A stretch of DNA of 41,693 nucleotides from the NCBI GenBank assembly GCA_041650915.1, contig JBAZKE010000001.1, positions 1 through 41,693 of the forward strand, read 5' to 3'. The notes beneath the pieces are model-generated. The model worked only from the letters and a program-made list of their open reading frames with translations, was not told where the DNA came from and made no database searches. This stretch comes from Patescibacteria group bacterium (lineage in GTDB: Bacteria; Patescibacteriota; Patescibacteriia; UBA10025; JAHIVO01). Positions within the stretch are counted from its first letter, which is position 1; every line of letters begins with the position of its first letter. A program made the position numbers and the translations under genes. Of this stretch, positions 1 through 10,785 are shown piece by piece.

Positions 1-2960
<2,960 letters not shown>

Positions 2961-3137
2961 ACGCATAGCATTACGTTCTAGTGGTATTTTCGGCGTTGTT
3001 GTTTCAATGTTGATGCTAGTTACACCTATTTGTTGATCTGTCTTTCTTGGTTGTCAATGTCCATTCCTATCACTGAAGTCGGTGCGTACTATCTGCATGG
3101 TACGCAGTGATCTCAATGGTAGGTTTTAAAAAGGTAC

Positions 3138-3160
3138 AAAAAATCCCGCTTGCGGCGGGA
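3138..3160 (-). terminator. Intrinsic-terminator-like hairpin between the consensus promoter at 3269-3297 and the 23S 5' end
   Basis: Minus strand reads TCCCGC-CGCAA-GCGGGA followed by TTTTTTGTACCTTTTT. Confidence 0.6.
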
Positions 3161-3268
3161 CTAAATCGACACGCACGCTCTTACGATTTAGCCGCCTTTA
3201 TGCTGTATATGCTGGGTTGTACGCATATAGTGTATGTTTGGGGATATGTTGTTTATAAAGCAAGGTTT

Positions 3269-3297
3269 AGTATAAACCTTTTTGCGGGGGGTGTCAA
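3269..3297 (-). promoter_or_regulatory. Consensus sigma70-type promoter (TTGACA-17-TATACT). Either the 23S rRNA promoter or the promoter of a separate ~125-nt RNA.
   Basis: Reverse complement of 3261-3300 is cccTTGACAccccccgcaaaaaggttTATACTaaaccttg. The transcript would start near 3262 with GCTTTATAAACAAC, which weakly resembles rrn boxA GCTCTTTAACAA. Confidence 0.7.
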
Positions 3298-3419
3298 GGG
3301 GGCTGATATTAGCCATTTATATTGATAGGAAAAATCTGCCGGCATGGTGAGTTCGCCGAGGTTCTACTTGACCGCATCAGCCGTCCGCGGCGGCAATGTT
3401 TGGAGATTGGGATAAGAGA

Positions 3420-4082
3420 TCATACAGGGAGGAATTGTGTGATGATCGGCTGCCGGTAGAGCCAGTTGAGGTAATCGAAAAGCTCTTCAGATGAAGCGGC
3501 AAATCCATTGTGCTGGTACTGGATCAGCCGCTCTACTTCTCCCGGCACCATCGTCCAGGCAGTGGCTTGGACTTCGGGCACGATATAGTCGGGCGGCATA
3601 ATGGTCGGCTTTGGAATGACGGGAATGCGGCATCCCGCATCCAATAATTTTTTAAGAAGGCATAGGTAGGCCTTGGCGGTATGATATCCCGGAACTGTGT
3701 GGGCGAGACTAGCGATGTTGTGCTCCCGTACCATCCTCACCGCCCATTCGGACTGGTCGCCGGTGTGCTCGGCGAACTGTTCGATGACCACGCCGTCAGT
3801 TTTACGGAGGTTGTACGGGGGTTTCGTCAAGATGCCCATGTCCAGGGTCTGGACATGTTCAAGCTTGTTGTTTTGCCCGGCTACCAGGAGTCGCTTTGCC
3901 ATGGTGGATTTCTCCCAAAGGGCTATCGCGTCGGTAACCCGGCATATTTCTCCCTGCCCGGGGTACACGAGAATCCCCTCAGCCTGGTAGGCGAGCTTTT
4001 GAGGAATCGATAGAACCGCCATGTAGCAGGTGGCGATTTCGCTCAGCTGGCTGTGGTCTGCAAGACGACGATGTTGTGTCAT
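3420..4082 (-). CDS. Hypothetical protein, YdcF/SanA (DUF218)-like
   Basis: 220-aa ORF. Pattern ILVYPGQGE...RLLVAG followed by HTGDQSEWAVRMV...VPGYHTAKAYL resembles the DUF218 layout (G-rich loop, conserved T..N/Q, ..YH..RA). No clear SD. Confidence 0.55.
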   Translation of the reverse strand: MTQHRRLADHSQLSEIATCYMAVLSIPQKLAYQAEGILVYPGQGEICRVTDAIALWEKSTMAKRLLVAGQNNKLEHVQTLDMGILTKPPYNLRKTDGVVIEQFAEHTGDQSEWAVRMVREHNIASLAHTVPGYHTAKAYLCLLKKLLDAGCRIPVIPKPTIMPPDYIVPEVQATAWTMVPGEVERLIQYQHNGFAASSEELFDYLNWLYRQPIITQFLPV

Positions 4083-4348
4083 AAAATTTTCTTTTCAAGA
4101 GTTCCAATAGGAGGACGATGGTTTGTTCAATTTTCGCTACCGTATAGCACTGATTGCAGTTGTACTGGCTAGATCGCTGGGCGGCTGTATGTCCGCTTTT
4201 TTCCCATCTACGCGAGTGCGGCATCAGAGCTGGCGATTGGCATGGTGTTCAGCGGCAGTTCACTGCCCGTGTAGCTGCCACCGCCGCGTTTCCTGTCCCG
4301 CCTTGCGCGGCTTCGGTAATTCCACTGCGGAGGTTGATGCCATGATCC

Positions 4349-5074
4349 CTAGTGCCTGGCGAATTTTTCCGTCTTGATCCGCTCTGGCGGCACGGTGAGC
4401 TCGCGGAGGGTCTGCTCAACCGCATCGACCATGCGCGGCGGCCCGACAACCATGTACGTTGCTGCCGCGGGATTTCGCACGGCGCTGCGGATAAATCCCC
4501 CGTCAATTTTTCCAAATATGCCATCCCACGCGGTATCCTGGTTATCCGGTTTGGTGAGCGTCAGGACAAGGTGGAATTTTTTATTGTTAAGCGCGAGGTC
4601 GCTGAGCTCGGCGCGGTAGGTCATGTCGCGGCCATGGTGGCATGAGTAGAGGAGTGTGATAGCCATATCCAATTTTTTATCGGCCGCGAACTTGACCATG
4701 CTCCGAAACGGGGTGATGCCGATTCCGCCCGCGACGAGTATGAGCGGCTGTGCGGTATCCTGTGGGAGCGTGAAGGTTCCGAGCGGCCCGAGCATTGAGA
4801 GCGTGTCACCGGCCTCGAGCCGTGCCATGCTCTGCTTGAACGCGGATTCGCTCTTGCGCATGGAAAAGTGCACCGTTTCCTCAGTTGGGGATGAGGCGAT
4901 GGACATGGCGCGGCGGTCGCCCATGCGGTCGACGACGGCCATTGCATCGCAGATGAGCGTTACGAACTGGCCCGGCTGGAAAGTGAAGCCAGCCGGTTTC
5001 TCACAGAAAAAGCTCATGGTGTTTTCCGCGGTTTCGCGCCGCTCGATCAGCTTCAGTTTATACAGCTTTGCCAT
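4349..5074 (-). CDS. Ferredoxin-NADP reductase-like FAD/NAD(P)-binding oxidoreductase
   Basis: 241 aa. FAD-binding RxxS motif (RRAMSIAS), NAD(P)-binding GGIGITP, and the typical FNR-like two-domain length. Confidence 0.85.
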   Translation of the reverse strand: MAKLYKLKLIERRETAENTMSFFCEKPAGFTFQPGQFVTLICDAMAVVDRMGDRRAMSIASSPTEETVHFSMRKSESAFKQSMARLEAGDTLSMLGPLGTFTLPQDTAQPLILVAGGIGITPFRSMVKFAADKKLDMAITLLYSCHHGRDMTYRAELSDLALNNKKFHLVLTLTKPDNQDTAWDGIFGKIDGGFIRSAVRNPAAATYMVVGPPRMVDAVEQTLRELTVPPERIKTEKFARH

Positions 5075-5083
5075 AGAGCCTGT

Positions 5084-5092
5084 ATTTTAGCA
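5084..5092 (-). promoter_or_regulatory. Extended -10 box (TGcTAAAAT) 9 nt upstream of the FNR-like ATG. Leaderless-type arrangement.
   Basis: Minus strand reads ...ctgcTAAAATacaggctctATG. There is no SD between box and start. Confidence 0.5.
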
Positions 5093-5104
5093 GATATAGG
5101 GGCA

Positions 5105-5138
5105 ATAAAAAAGAACCCCCGTCCCGAAAACGGGGGTT
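5105..5138 (-). terminator. Intrinsic terminator downstream of purD
   Basis: Minus strand AACCCCCG-ttttcggga-CGGGGGTT followed by CTTTTTTATT. Confidence 0.85.
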
Positions 5139-5165
5139 CAGATGGACAAGCCTGTCCACTGTTTC

Positions 5166-6533
5166 CTATGGGATGATCGGCTGTTTGCGCTGACTGATGT
5201 CATGGCGGAAAAACACGCCTTCGAACTTGATAAGCTCGGCGGCTTTATTCGCCCGCTTCCACGCAGCGTCGAGCGTGTCTGCGACGCAGACGACGTAGAG
5301 CACCCTGCCGCCGGCAGTTTTGAGTTCGCCGGCTTCATTAGCCGACACGCCCGCATAGAGGATGAACGCGCCATCAATCTGTTCGGCCTGTGTGGTGCCG
5401 GTGATGACCTTGCCGCCTTTGGGCGTTTCTGGATACGGGGCTTCGCATAGGGCAATGCACACCGCATCCTTGTCGTGCCATTCAAACTCCGGAAGCCCTC
5501 CGAGCGTGCCGTTGGTGCATGCCAGCAGATACTCCAGCAGATCGGATTGCATCAGCGCAAGTACCGCCTGCGTCTCGGGGTCGCCCGGGCGGGCGTTCCA
5601 TTCGAGCACCTTGAATCCGTCGGCCGTGTACATCAGCGCGATATACAGGCACCCGGTGTACACGATGCCGTACTCGGTTTCCAGTTTTTGAAGCATCGGC
5701 AGAATGTGCCGGTTTACGAATGAGCTGATCATCTCGTTCGTCGCCCATCCCACTCGTGCAAACGCGCCCATGCCGCCGGTCATCGGACCGACGTCACCCG
5801 CGGTGGTCGATTCTCCGTCAGGTTCGCCAACCTGCTTGTGATCCTGGGATGGGATCATCGCGCGGACGTCCTTTCCGTCGTAGAATGCCATGAACGAAAG
5901 CTCGTGGCCTTCGAGGAATTCCTCGATAACGACGGTTGTGCCGGCGCCCGCAAATGCCTTCTGCTTCATGAGAAGCGCGAGCGCCGCCAGGGCTTCCGCA
6001 AGAGCCGCGCAGATGATGACGCCTTTGCCGCCGGCAAGGCCGTCGGCCTTAACCACGATCTTGGCGCCGGGGTGCTTCTTGAAATGCTGGCGCACATGCC
6101 GGCACGCTGCCGCATAGCTGCTGAACTGTTTAAACGCAGCAGTCGGCACGCCGCACTCCATCAGCAGGTTTTTGGTAAACAGCTTTGAACCCTCGAGCTG
6201 CGCAGCTGCCTGCGTCGGGCCGAAGATCGGCAGCCCAGCCTCGCGGAACGCGTCCACAATGCCGTTGCAGAGCGGTCCCTCTGGACCGACGACCGTGAGG
6301 CCGATACGGTTCGTTTTCGCGAACGCGATCAGCTTCTCGGTGTCATTGGCCTCGATCGGCTTCCCTTCGAATGTGGCGATTCTGACGCCCGGGAGCTTCG
6401 CGAGCCCTGCGTTGCCGGGTGCGGCATAGATCAGGCCGATTCTTTTGGACTGCCGCAGTTTCCGGATAATGGCTGCCTCGCGGCCGCCATAGCCGATAAC
6501 CAGACAATCAACGATTTCTTCAGGTACTGACAT
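5166..6533 (-). CDS. purD: Phosphoribosylamine-glycine ligase (GAR synthetase)
   Basis: ATP-grasp PurD pattern (VIGYGGREAAI..., GLAGGKGV, EEFLEGxE.S, LEWNARPGDPE). Start moved to the internal ATG at 6533, which has GGAGGAA 7 nt upstream. The 5' part of the tracked 552-aa ORF runs across a tRNA gene. Confidence 0.93.
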   Translation of the reverse strand: MSVPEEIVDCLVIGYGGREAAIIRKLRQSKRIGLIYAAPGNAGLAKLPGVRIATFEGKPIEANDTEKLIAFAKTNRIGLTVVGPEGPLCNGIVDAFREAGLPIFGPTQAAAQLEGSKLFTKNLLMECGVPTAAFKQFSSYAAACRHVRQHFKKHPGAKIVVKADGLAGGKGVIICAALAEALAALALLMKQKAFAGAGTTVVIEEFLEGHELSFMAFYDGKDVRAMIPSQDHKQVGEPDGESTTAGDVGPMTGGMGAFARVGWATNEMISSFVNRHILPMLQKLETEYGIVYTGCLYIALMYTADGFKVLEWNARPGDPETQAVLALMQSDLLEYLLACTNGTLGGLPEFEWHDKDAVCIALCEAPYPETPKGGKVITGTTQAEQIDGAFILYAGVSANEAGELKTAGGRVLYVVCVADTLDAAWKRANKAAELIKFEGVFFRHDISQRKQPIIP

Positions 6534-6620
6534 TCTGGATTTCCTCCGTATTCGGTTTTGTTCCAATGGGTATCGCCTGGTGTGCAATAGAAAAAACATC
6601 TTATGAAAGAGCAGTCGGTT

Positions 6621-6648
6621 ATTATACTTGGATTGGCAAGAGACGCAA
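6621..6648 (-). promoter_or_regulatory. Promoter for purD (TTGCGT-16-TATAAT)
   Basis: Reverse complement reads cTTGCGTctcttgccaatccaagTATAATaacc, immediately downstream of tRNA-Leu. Confidence 0.6.
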
Positions 6649-6653
6649 GCTGT

Positions 6654-6740
6654 TGGTGCTGGAGGAGAGACTCGAACTCTCAACCTCTTGCGAGGACTAG
6701 CTCCTAAGGCTAGCGCGTATACCAATTCCGCCACTCCAGC
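6654..6740 (-). tRNA. tRNA-Leu, anticodon UAG, type II (long variable arm), CCA encoded
   Basis: Reverse complement is GCTGGAGTGGCGGAATTGGTATACGCGCTAGCCTTAGGAGCTAGTCCTCGCAAGAGGTTGAGAGTTCGAGTCTCTCCTCCAGCACCA. Acceptor GCTGGAG/CTCCAGC, anticodon loop CTTAGGA, T-loop GTTCGAGTC. Confidence 0.95.
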
Positions 6741-6784
6741 ACGGATCTCTACTAGTATATATAAGTATAGCAGACGTGCAAGGT

Positions 6785-6813
6785 TTGACAGGCGGTTGTG
6801 GGGGCGGTAAGAT
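6785..6813 (+). promoter_or_regulatory. Promoter for prs (TTGACA-17-TAAGAT)
   Basis: ggtTTGACAggcggttgtgggggcggTAAGATtgg. The ~65-nt leader ends in GAAGGAGGA before ATG 6885. Confidence 0.7.
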
Positions 6814-6884
6814 TGGGGACTCAAGAAAACAATACAGAATAGTACATACTACAACCATAGAGCCCGAGAAGGAGGATTCCAGTC

Positions 6885-8045
6885 ATGGAAGGAAAGATTG
6901 TCGTATGCGGGGGCCGGTCGAATCCGGCGCTCGTTCAGAAGGTGTGCAGTTATCTGTCGATAACGCCGACACCGATCGAAACCGTCGATTTCAGCAACGG
7001 CAATACGAAGGTGATCGTTGCCGGTGATGTACGGAGCGCGGATGTGTTCGTGATCCAGACGGGAGCGCGGGGAGGAATCGATAACCGATTTTTTACCCAC
7101 CTTTCGGATGCCAAGCAGGCTGCGGTGTTTGAAGCGTGGCGGAGGGCGCTCAAGCAATTCCGCGGCGAGCAGCGGTTGTTCGGGAGAGCAACGCTTGATG
7201 CCATCGAGCAGCACTTTTCCGACCTCTCGAGCCTGCTCTGCAACCGTGACTTCGTCGAGCTGCTCATGATCATCGACGCGCTCAAGACCTCGTCCGCCGG
7301 GCGGATTACGGTCGTCATGCCCTATATGTTCTATGTGCGGAGCGACAAGAAGGAGGAGAGCCGTATTTCCGTGACCGCGAGAATGGTAGCCGATCTGCTC
7401 CGTGAGGTGGGCGCCGACCGCGTCCTCGTCATGGACCTGCACGCGCCGCAGATACGGGAGTACTTCCACCCCATGCCGACAGATCAAATCTTCGCCGAGT
7501 CGCTGTTCTTCGAGTTCATCAGGCTCAAGCAGCTCAAGAATATCGTCGTTGTTTCTGCCGATGAGGGCAATCTGAAGCCCTCGATCAAGGCGGCAAAGCT
7601 GCTCAAAACCGATCTCGTAATCGTACATAAGCAGCGCCACGATGACAGTGAGACTGCTGATGTGTGGAGCGTCACCGGGCAGACCGGCGTCGAAGGCAAG
7701 ACGTGCCTCGTATTTGATGACGAGCTCCTGACCTTCGGCACGCTCAACGATGCGATCAAGGCGCTCTTCGATCTCGGCGCTGCCGCTGTGTACGGTTTCA
7801 TAGTCCACTTTATCGCCTCCAACAAGGCGATCGAGCTGATCAAGCGTTCGCCGATCAGTGCGCTCGTGACGACGAATACCGTCTCCTTCAACGGCCGGCT
7901 GCCGAAGAAGGTACAGGTATGTGATGTTGCACCCATTCTTGCGAGGATCATCCACAATATCCACGCGGATGAGTCAGCCAGCACCCTGATTGACCAGCTC
8001 CGTACGTGGTCACTGAGTAGCGGATTGCCGTTTGACATTTACTGA
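6885..8045 (+). CDS. prs: Ribose-phosphate pyrophosphokinase (PRPP synthetase), atypical long form with an internal insertion
   Basis: Motifs VFVIQ, ELLMIIDALKTSSAGRITVVMPYMFYVRSDKK, DLHAPQIREYF, and PRPP loop VFDDELLTFGTL. 386 aa versus about 315 aa for canonical Prs. Confidence 0.88.
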   Translation: MEGKIVVCGGRSNPALVQKVCSYLSITPTPIETVDFSNGNTKVIVAGDVRSADVFVIQTGARGGIDNRFFTHLSDAKQAAVFEAWRRALKQFRGEQRLFGRATLDAIEQHFSDLSSLLCNRDFVELLMIIDALKTSSAGRITVVMPYMFYVRSDKKEESRISVTARMVADLLREVGADRVLVMDLHAPQIREYFHPMPTDQIFAESLFFEFIRLKQLKNIVVVSADEGNLKPSIKAAKLLKTDLVIVHKQRHDDSETADVWSVTGQTGVEGKTCLVFDDELLTFGTLNDAIKALFDLGAAAVYGFIVHFIASNKAIELIKRSPISALVTTNTVSFNGRLPKKVQVCDVAPILARIIHNIHADESASTLIDQLRTWSLSSGLPFDIY

Positions 8046-8066
8046 CCAGTCCAGGATCACCAGAAG

Positions 8067-8103
8067 CTGTCGAGCCGTTTGACTCGACAGCTTTTTCTTT
8101 TTT
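8067..8103 (+). terminator. Intrinsic terminator of prs
   Basis: CTGTCGAG-ccgtttga-CTCGACAG followed by CTTTTTCTTTTTT. Confidence 0.85.
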
Positions 8104-8112
8104 CCGTATACT
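8084..8112 (+). promoter_or_regulatory. Promoter (TCGACA-17-TATACT) overlapping the prs terminator stem, 12 nt upstream of ATG 8125
   Basis: cTCGACAgctttttcttttttccgTATACTtttaacgtacgtATG. No SD. Confidence 0.55.
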
Positions 8113-8124
8113 TTTAACGTACGT

Positions 8125-8643
8125 ATGGATAATCCCCAGGAAACACAACGGAAGAAGTCGTATCGGGTACCGGTCATGCTCATCGTGGTATGGGCGTTCA
8201 TCATCGGGCTGTTTGCGTACAGCCTGTGGCTCGACCAGGATGACGAGAACGCCAACGAGCTGCTGCCCGAGACTACGCTCAGCTCGAACGCTGACGCAGA
8301 GCCGGTCAACGATAATCCAGCCGTCAACATGACGGATGAAGAGCGGCTGCAGGCCGAGTCGCGCGATAACAAGCGCCTGACCGACATGAAGATGCTGCGC
8401 ATCATGCTCGAGTCCTACCGTGATGATAACGGTAACTACCCCGAAACACTTGATGCTCTCGTGCCGGACTACCTCGAGGTAATTCCGTCTAACCCCGGCC
8501 CGGGCGGGCAGCCGTATACGTACACCGGCATCGGTTCAAAGCCGTATGCATACTACGATATGAGCTACTGGCTCGAAGTTGGCCTCGAGGGCATTGCGCC
8601 GGGCATGCACGTGATGTCGCCGGGCGGACTGGCGACTCCGTAG
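8125..8643 (+). CDS. Membrane-anchored pilin/pseudopilin-like protein (GspG-type C-terminal fold) without a canonical prepilin cleavage motif
   Basis: One N-terminal TM helix, then RDNKRLTDMKMLRIMLESYRDDNGNYPETLDALVPDYLEVIPSNP. This matches the characteristic R-D-x-x-R-x-x-D-[LM]...L-E-x-Y..DNG.YP..L..LVP.YL...P.[DN]P pilin-like block. Confidence 0.65.
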   Translation: MDNPQETQRKKSYRVPVMLIVVWAFIIGLFAYSLWLDQDDENANELLPETTLSSNADAEPVNDNPAVNMTDEERLQAESRDNKRLTDMKMLRIMLESYRDDNGNYPETLDALVPDYLEVIPSNPGPGGQPYTYTGIGSKPYAYYDMSYWLEVGLEGIAPGMHVMSPGGLATP

Positions 8644-8644
8644 T

Positions 8645-8692
8645 AAAAAAAAGAGACCCGAGCCGCCTCACGTGGAGTGAGACAGTCGGGTC
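8645..8692 (-). terminator. Intrinsic terminator of the 8716-9474 gene
   Basis: Minus strand GACCCGA-(24-nt loop with inner hairpin)-TCGGGTC followed by TCTTTTTTTT. Confidence 0.7.
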
Positions 8693-8715
8693 ATCGTCGT
8701 CCGGGGGTGTGTGCC

Positions 8716-9474
8716 CTAGAGGGCGGGGAGCATGTTTGTCGTATCCGCGGCGAGCCGGAAGAGCAGGCTGCGGAATGGTTTGAATTCCGGAAGCATAGAG
8801 TACCGTTCGGCGAGCCGTTGGCGCATTCCCATGAGGCTGCCCGTGCGGTACGCTTCACAAATGTCGAATTGGTACGACCATCCCTGCTCGCACGCACATT
8901 TGCTTTCGGCAAGGTACGCCTGGCATTCGACCTCAAAGAGTTCACAGAGCTCACGTTCGGTGAGCTGTTCCGGCGCCGATCCGTAGTAGAATCGCTCCTC
9001 AGGAACGATTCCCTTTTGGTACTGCAGGAAGTGCGCGTACTCGTGCAGGATCACGAGCTGCTTGAACTGGTCTGGCACGGCCGGATCGAGCAGCTGGGAG
9101 AGGTGAATGTTGAATGTTGGCGCATAGCCGACGCTGGCTATGTTGATGATGCAGAACGTCGCAATCCCCTCATCCCCGAGCGTGAAGAGCGATTGGAAGT
9201 TGAGGTAGATGACGCCGTTGGCGACGAGCGAATCCATGCCGATCCTGATCCGTGGGTCGGGATGGGATTGTACGAGGCGCTTGAGTGTTTCCTGGCCCCG
9301 CATACATTCTTCAGGATTTGTTCCCATCTCCGCGGCAGGCTGTGAATTTTGCCGTGAGTTCACGCTGGCAATAATTATAATCGCGGAAAGGGCTGCGGCA
9401 ATGAGAATGATGAATATCAGTGCACGCGGGAACCGTCGCCGTTGTACGGCCGGCTTCTTTTTCATTCGTGACAT
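8716..9474 (-). CDS. Membrane-anchored putative zinc metallopeptidase (HExxH)
   Basis: 252 aa. N-terminal basic stretch plus a TM helix (ALIFIILIAAALSAIIIIA). HEYAH motif in LVILHEYAHFLQ. SD GAAGGGAG upstream of the ATG. Confidence 0.6.
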   Translation of the reverse strand: MSRMKKKPAVQRRRFPRALIFIILIAAALSAIIIIASVNSRQNSQPAAEMGTNPEECMRGQETLKRLVQSHPDPRIRIGMDSLVANGVIYLNFQSLFTLGDEGIATFCIINIASVGYAPTFNIHLSQLLDPAVPDQFKQLVILHEYAHFLQYQKGIVPEERFYYGSAPEQLTERELCELFEVECQAYLAESKCACEQGWSYQFDICEAYRTGSLMGMRQRLAERYSMLPEFKPFRSLLFRLAADTTNMLPAL

Positions 9475-9529
9475 GAGGTCACTCCCTTCTTGTTATAGAG
9501 CAATTTTTAGGTTTTTGATAATTCAGTTG

Positions 9530-9558
9530 ATGGTAGTTGAGCGCAGGCCGGTTGTCAA
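9530..9558 (-). promoter_or_regulatory. Promoter for the metallopeptidase-like gene (TTGACA-17-TACCAT)
   Basis: Reverse complement is ccaTTGACAaccggcctgcgctcaacTACCATcaac. Confidence 0.7.
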
Positions 9559-9678
9559 TGGCCTCCAGAATTTTTTTAAGGGCGCGCGACAGCTTCTATG
9601 CAGGCGTAATGTACAATTAACAGAAGTCCATTTTTTTGCTAAAATAAAGGTAGAAACGGCGGTTACTGCATCAAAAAG

Positions 9679-9789
9679 TGCGCCGTCGCAGTAACGAAAA
9701 AAGGGAGTTCATTTCACTGAAAAAATGACTGAGTGTAGATTGAAAATAGATAATACGCATGTGCGCCGTCGCATCCTTGCGCCGTCGCA
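9679..9789. repeat. Three copies of the 12-mer TGCGCCGTCGCA in a 509-nt divergent intergenic region
   Basis: Exact copies at 9679-9690, 9762-9773 and 9778-9789. The outer tetranucleotides TGCG/CGCA are palindromic. Copy 1 lies inside the inverted repeat GTTACTGC (9662-9669) / GCAGTAAC (9688-9695). Confidence 0.8.
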
Positions 9790-9794
9790 AAAAT

Positions 9795-9840
9795 GTGTGG
9801 ACAAGTATCCGTAGAACTCAAAACGTCCCGTGTGGACAAG
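9795..9840. repeat. Two direct copies of GTGTGGACAAG, 35 nt apart
   Basis: Exact copies at 9795-9805 and 9830-9840, immediately after the TGCGCCGTCGCA cluster and ~145 nt upstream of the M23 gene. Confidence 0.75.
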
Positions 9841-9983
9841 AACAAAAAACCGCTCTTTGAGAGTAGAAAGCGAGGTGTATATGGAACACAACCCGCATCG
9901 TTAGGGGGATCATAAGTGGGTCTCTCCTTAATGACGAACCTTGTCAACCAATAATCTGAAACTGTAAGTTATGGAGGTATGCC

Positions 9984-10697
9984 ATGAAACGCATACTTGT
10001 GGCGCTGATAAGCGCCGTACTGTTCACCGCTGCCATTGGGCTGATCCAAGGGTGCAGCGAGCGGCCGACGGAACCGATTGTCGGTGATGTTGGTCAGGTC
10101 GATACGTTGGGCGGAAGAGAGGTTTCACAGACTGCGTCAAAGAGCGCAGCGACGTGGCCAACCTCAATGAGTGATTTTAAATTTCCATTCGCTGGCGTGT
10201 ATAATAACTACCATGCTGGTCAGATATGGAAAATCACTAACGGATATAATAGTGGTCGGCATAAAAACTGGTACTATCCGTACGCCGGGTACTACTCCAT
10301 CGATTTGGAGCGCGACGATGGAGGTGCGTCGCTAGGTAGTTACGTATTAGCGCCAGCGCGGGGAGTAGTTGTTTTCGCCGGGTGGATGAACGGTTACGGC
10401 TGGTGTGTGGTTATGGATCACGACGCTGGGCACACGGGCAGCGGCTATAAGTCCATAGAGGCTCATCTCCAGTCAGACCCTACGCGATATGTGAATGTCG
10501 GAGATGATCTTCTGCAAGGCACATTACTCGGTAAGTGTGGCAGTTCAGGTGGCGATTGGGGGCCGCATATCCACTTTTCTGTCTGGAAAAACAACCGGTC
10601 GGTTCCGCTCAATGGTATATCCGGTGGCCCAGGCTTGATCGTCGGAGGTAGGTACTGTTCCGGCAATGCAGCCGTTCGACCCCCGGGTGGCTGGTAA
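9984..10697 (+). CDS. M23 (LytM-type) metallopeptidase, probable lipoprotein
   Basis: Signal peptide ending in the lipobox-like LIQGC. M23 signature ...APARGVVVFAGWMNGYGWCVVMDH...SIEAHLQS...VGDDLLQGTLLGKCGSSGGDWGPHIHFSV. GGAGG lies 6 nt before the ATG. Confidence 0.88.
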   Translation: MKRILVALISAVLFTAAIGLIQGCSERPTEPIVGDVGQVDTLGGREVSQTASKSAATWPTSMSDFKFPFAGVYNNYHAGQIWKITNGYNSGRHKNWYYPYAGYYSIDLERDDGGASLGSYVLAPARGVVVFAGWMNGYGWCVVMDHDAGHTGSGYKSIEAHLQSDPTRYVNVGDDLLQGTLLGKCGSSGGDWGPHIHFSVWKNNRSVPLNGISGGPGLIVGGRYCSGNAAVRPPGGW

Positions 10698-10785
10698 TAC
10701 TGTGCGGGAGGACAGACAGGCACTGTTCTCCCCCCTTATAAATATTATTTCTTTTAAAAATAGTGCAATTAAAAGTTTTTAGAGT

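Noticed and set aside
3107-3325. 72-aa plus-strand ORF upstream of the 23S
   Set aside because: It has no SD, a hydrophobic and odd composition, and it overlaps the consensus minus-strand promoter and hairpins.
4083-4348. GC-rich 266-nt spacer with small ORFs on both strands (4123-4377, 4154-4345, 3979-4224) and a GGAGG at 4111
   Set aside because: The ATG after the GGAGG opens only a 9-codon frame. The other ORFs lack start signals and look like shadow frames. I found no convincing promoter, terminator, tRNA or repeat here, so the region is left unannotated.
6534-6824. 5' extension of the tracked 552-aa purD ORF
   Set aside because: It runs straight through tRNA-Leu (6654-6740), and the translated stretch VAELVYALALGASP is typical of a tRNA read as protein. 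An internal ATG at 6533 has a GGAGGAA SD and gives a normal PurD N-terminus.
6849-7964. 371-aa minus-strand ORF
   Set aside because: It is antisense to prs, which has clear Prs motifs. It has an Arg/Asp/Leu-rich shadow-frame composition typical of GC-rich DNA and no SD.
8677-9345. 222-aa plus-strand ORF
   Set aside because: It is the shadow of the HExxH membrane protein gene on the minus strand, which has a promoter, SD and terminator. The composition is Arg/Glu-rich with no motif.
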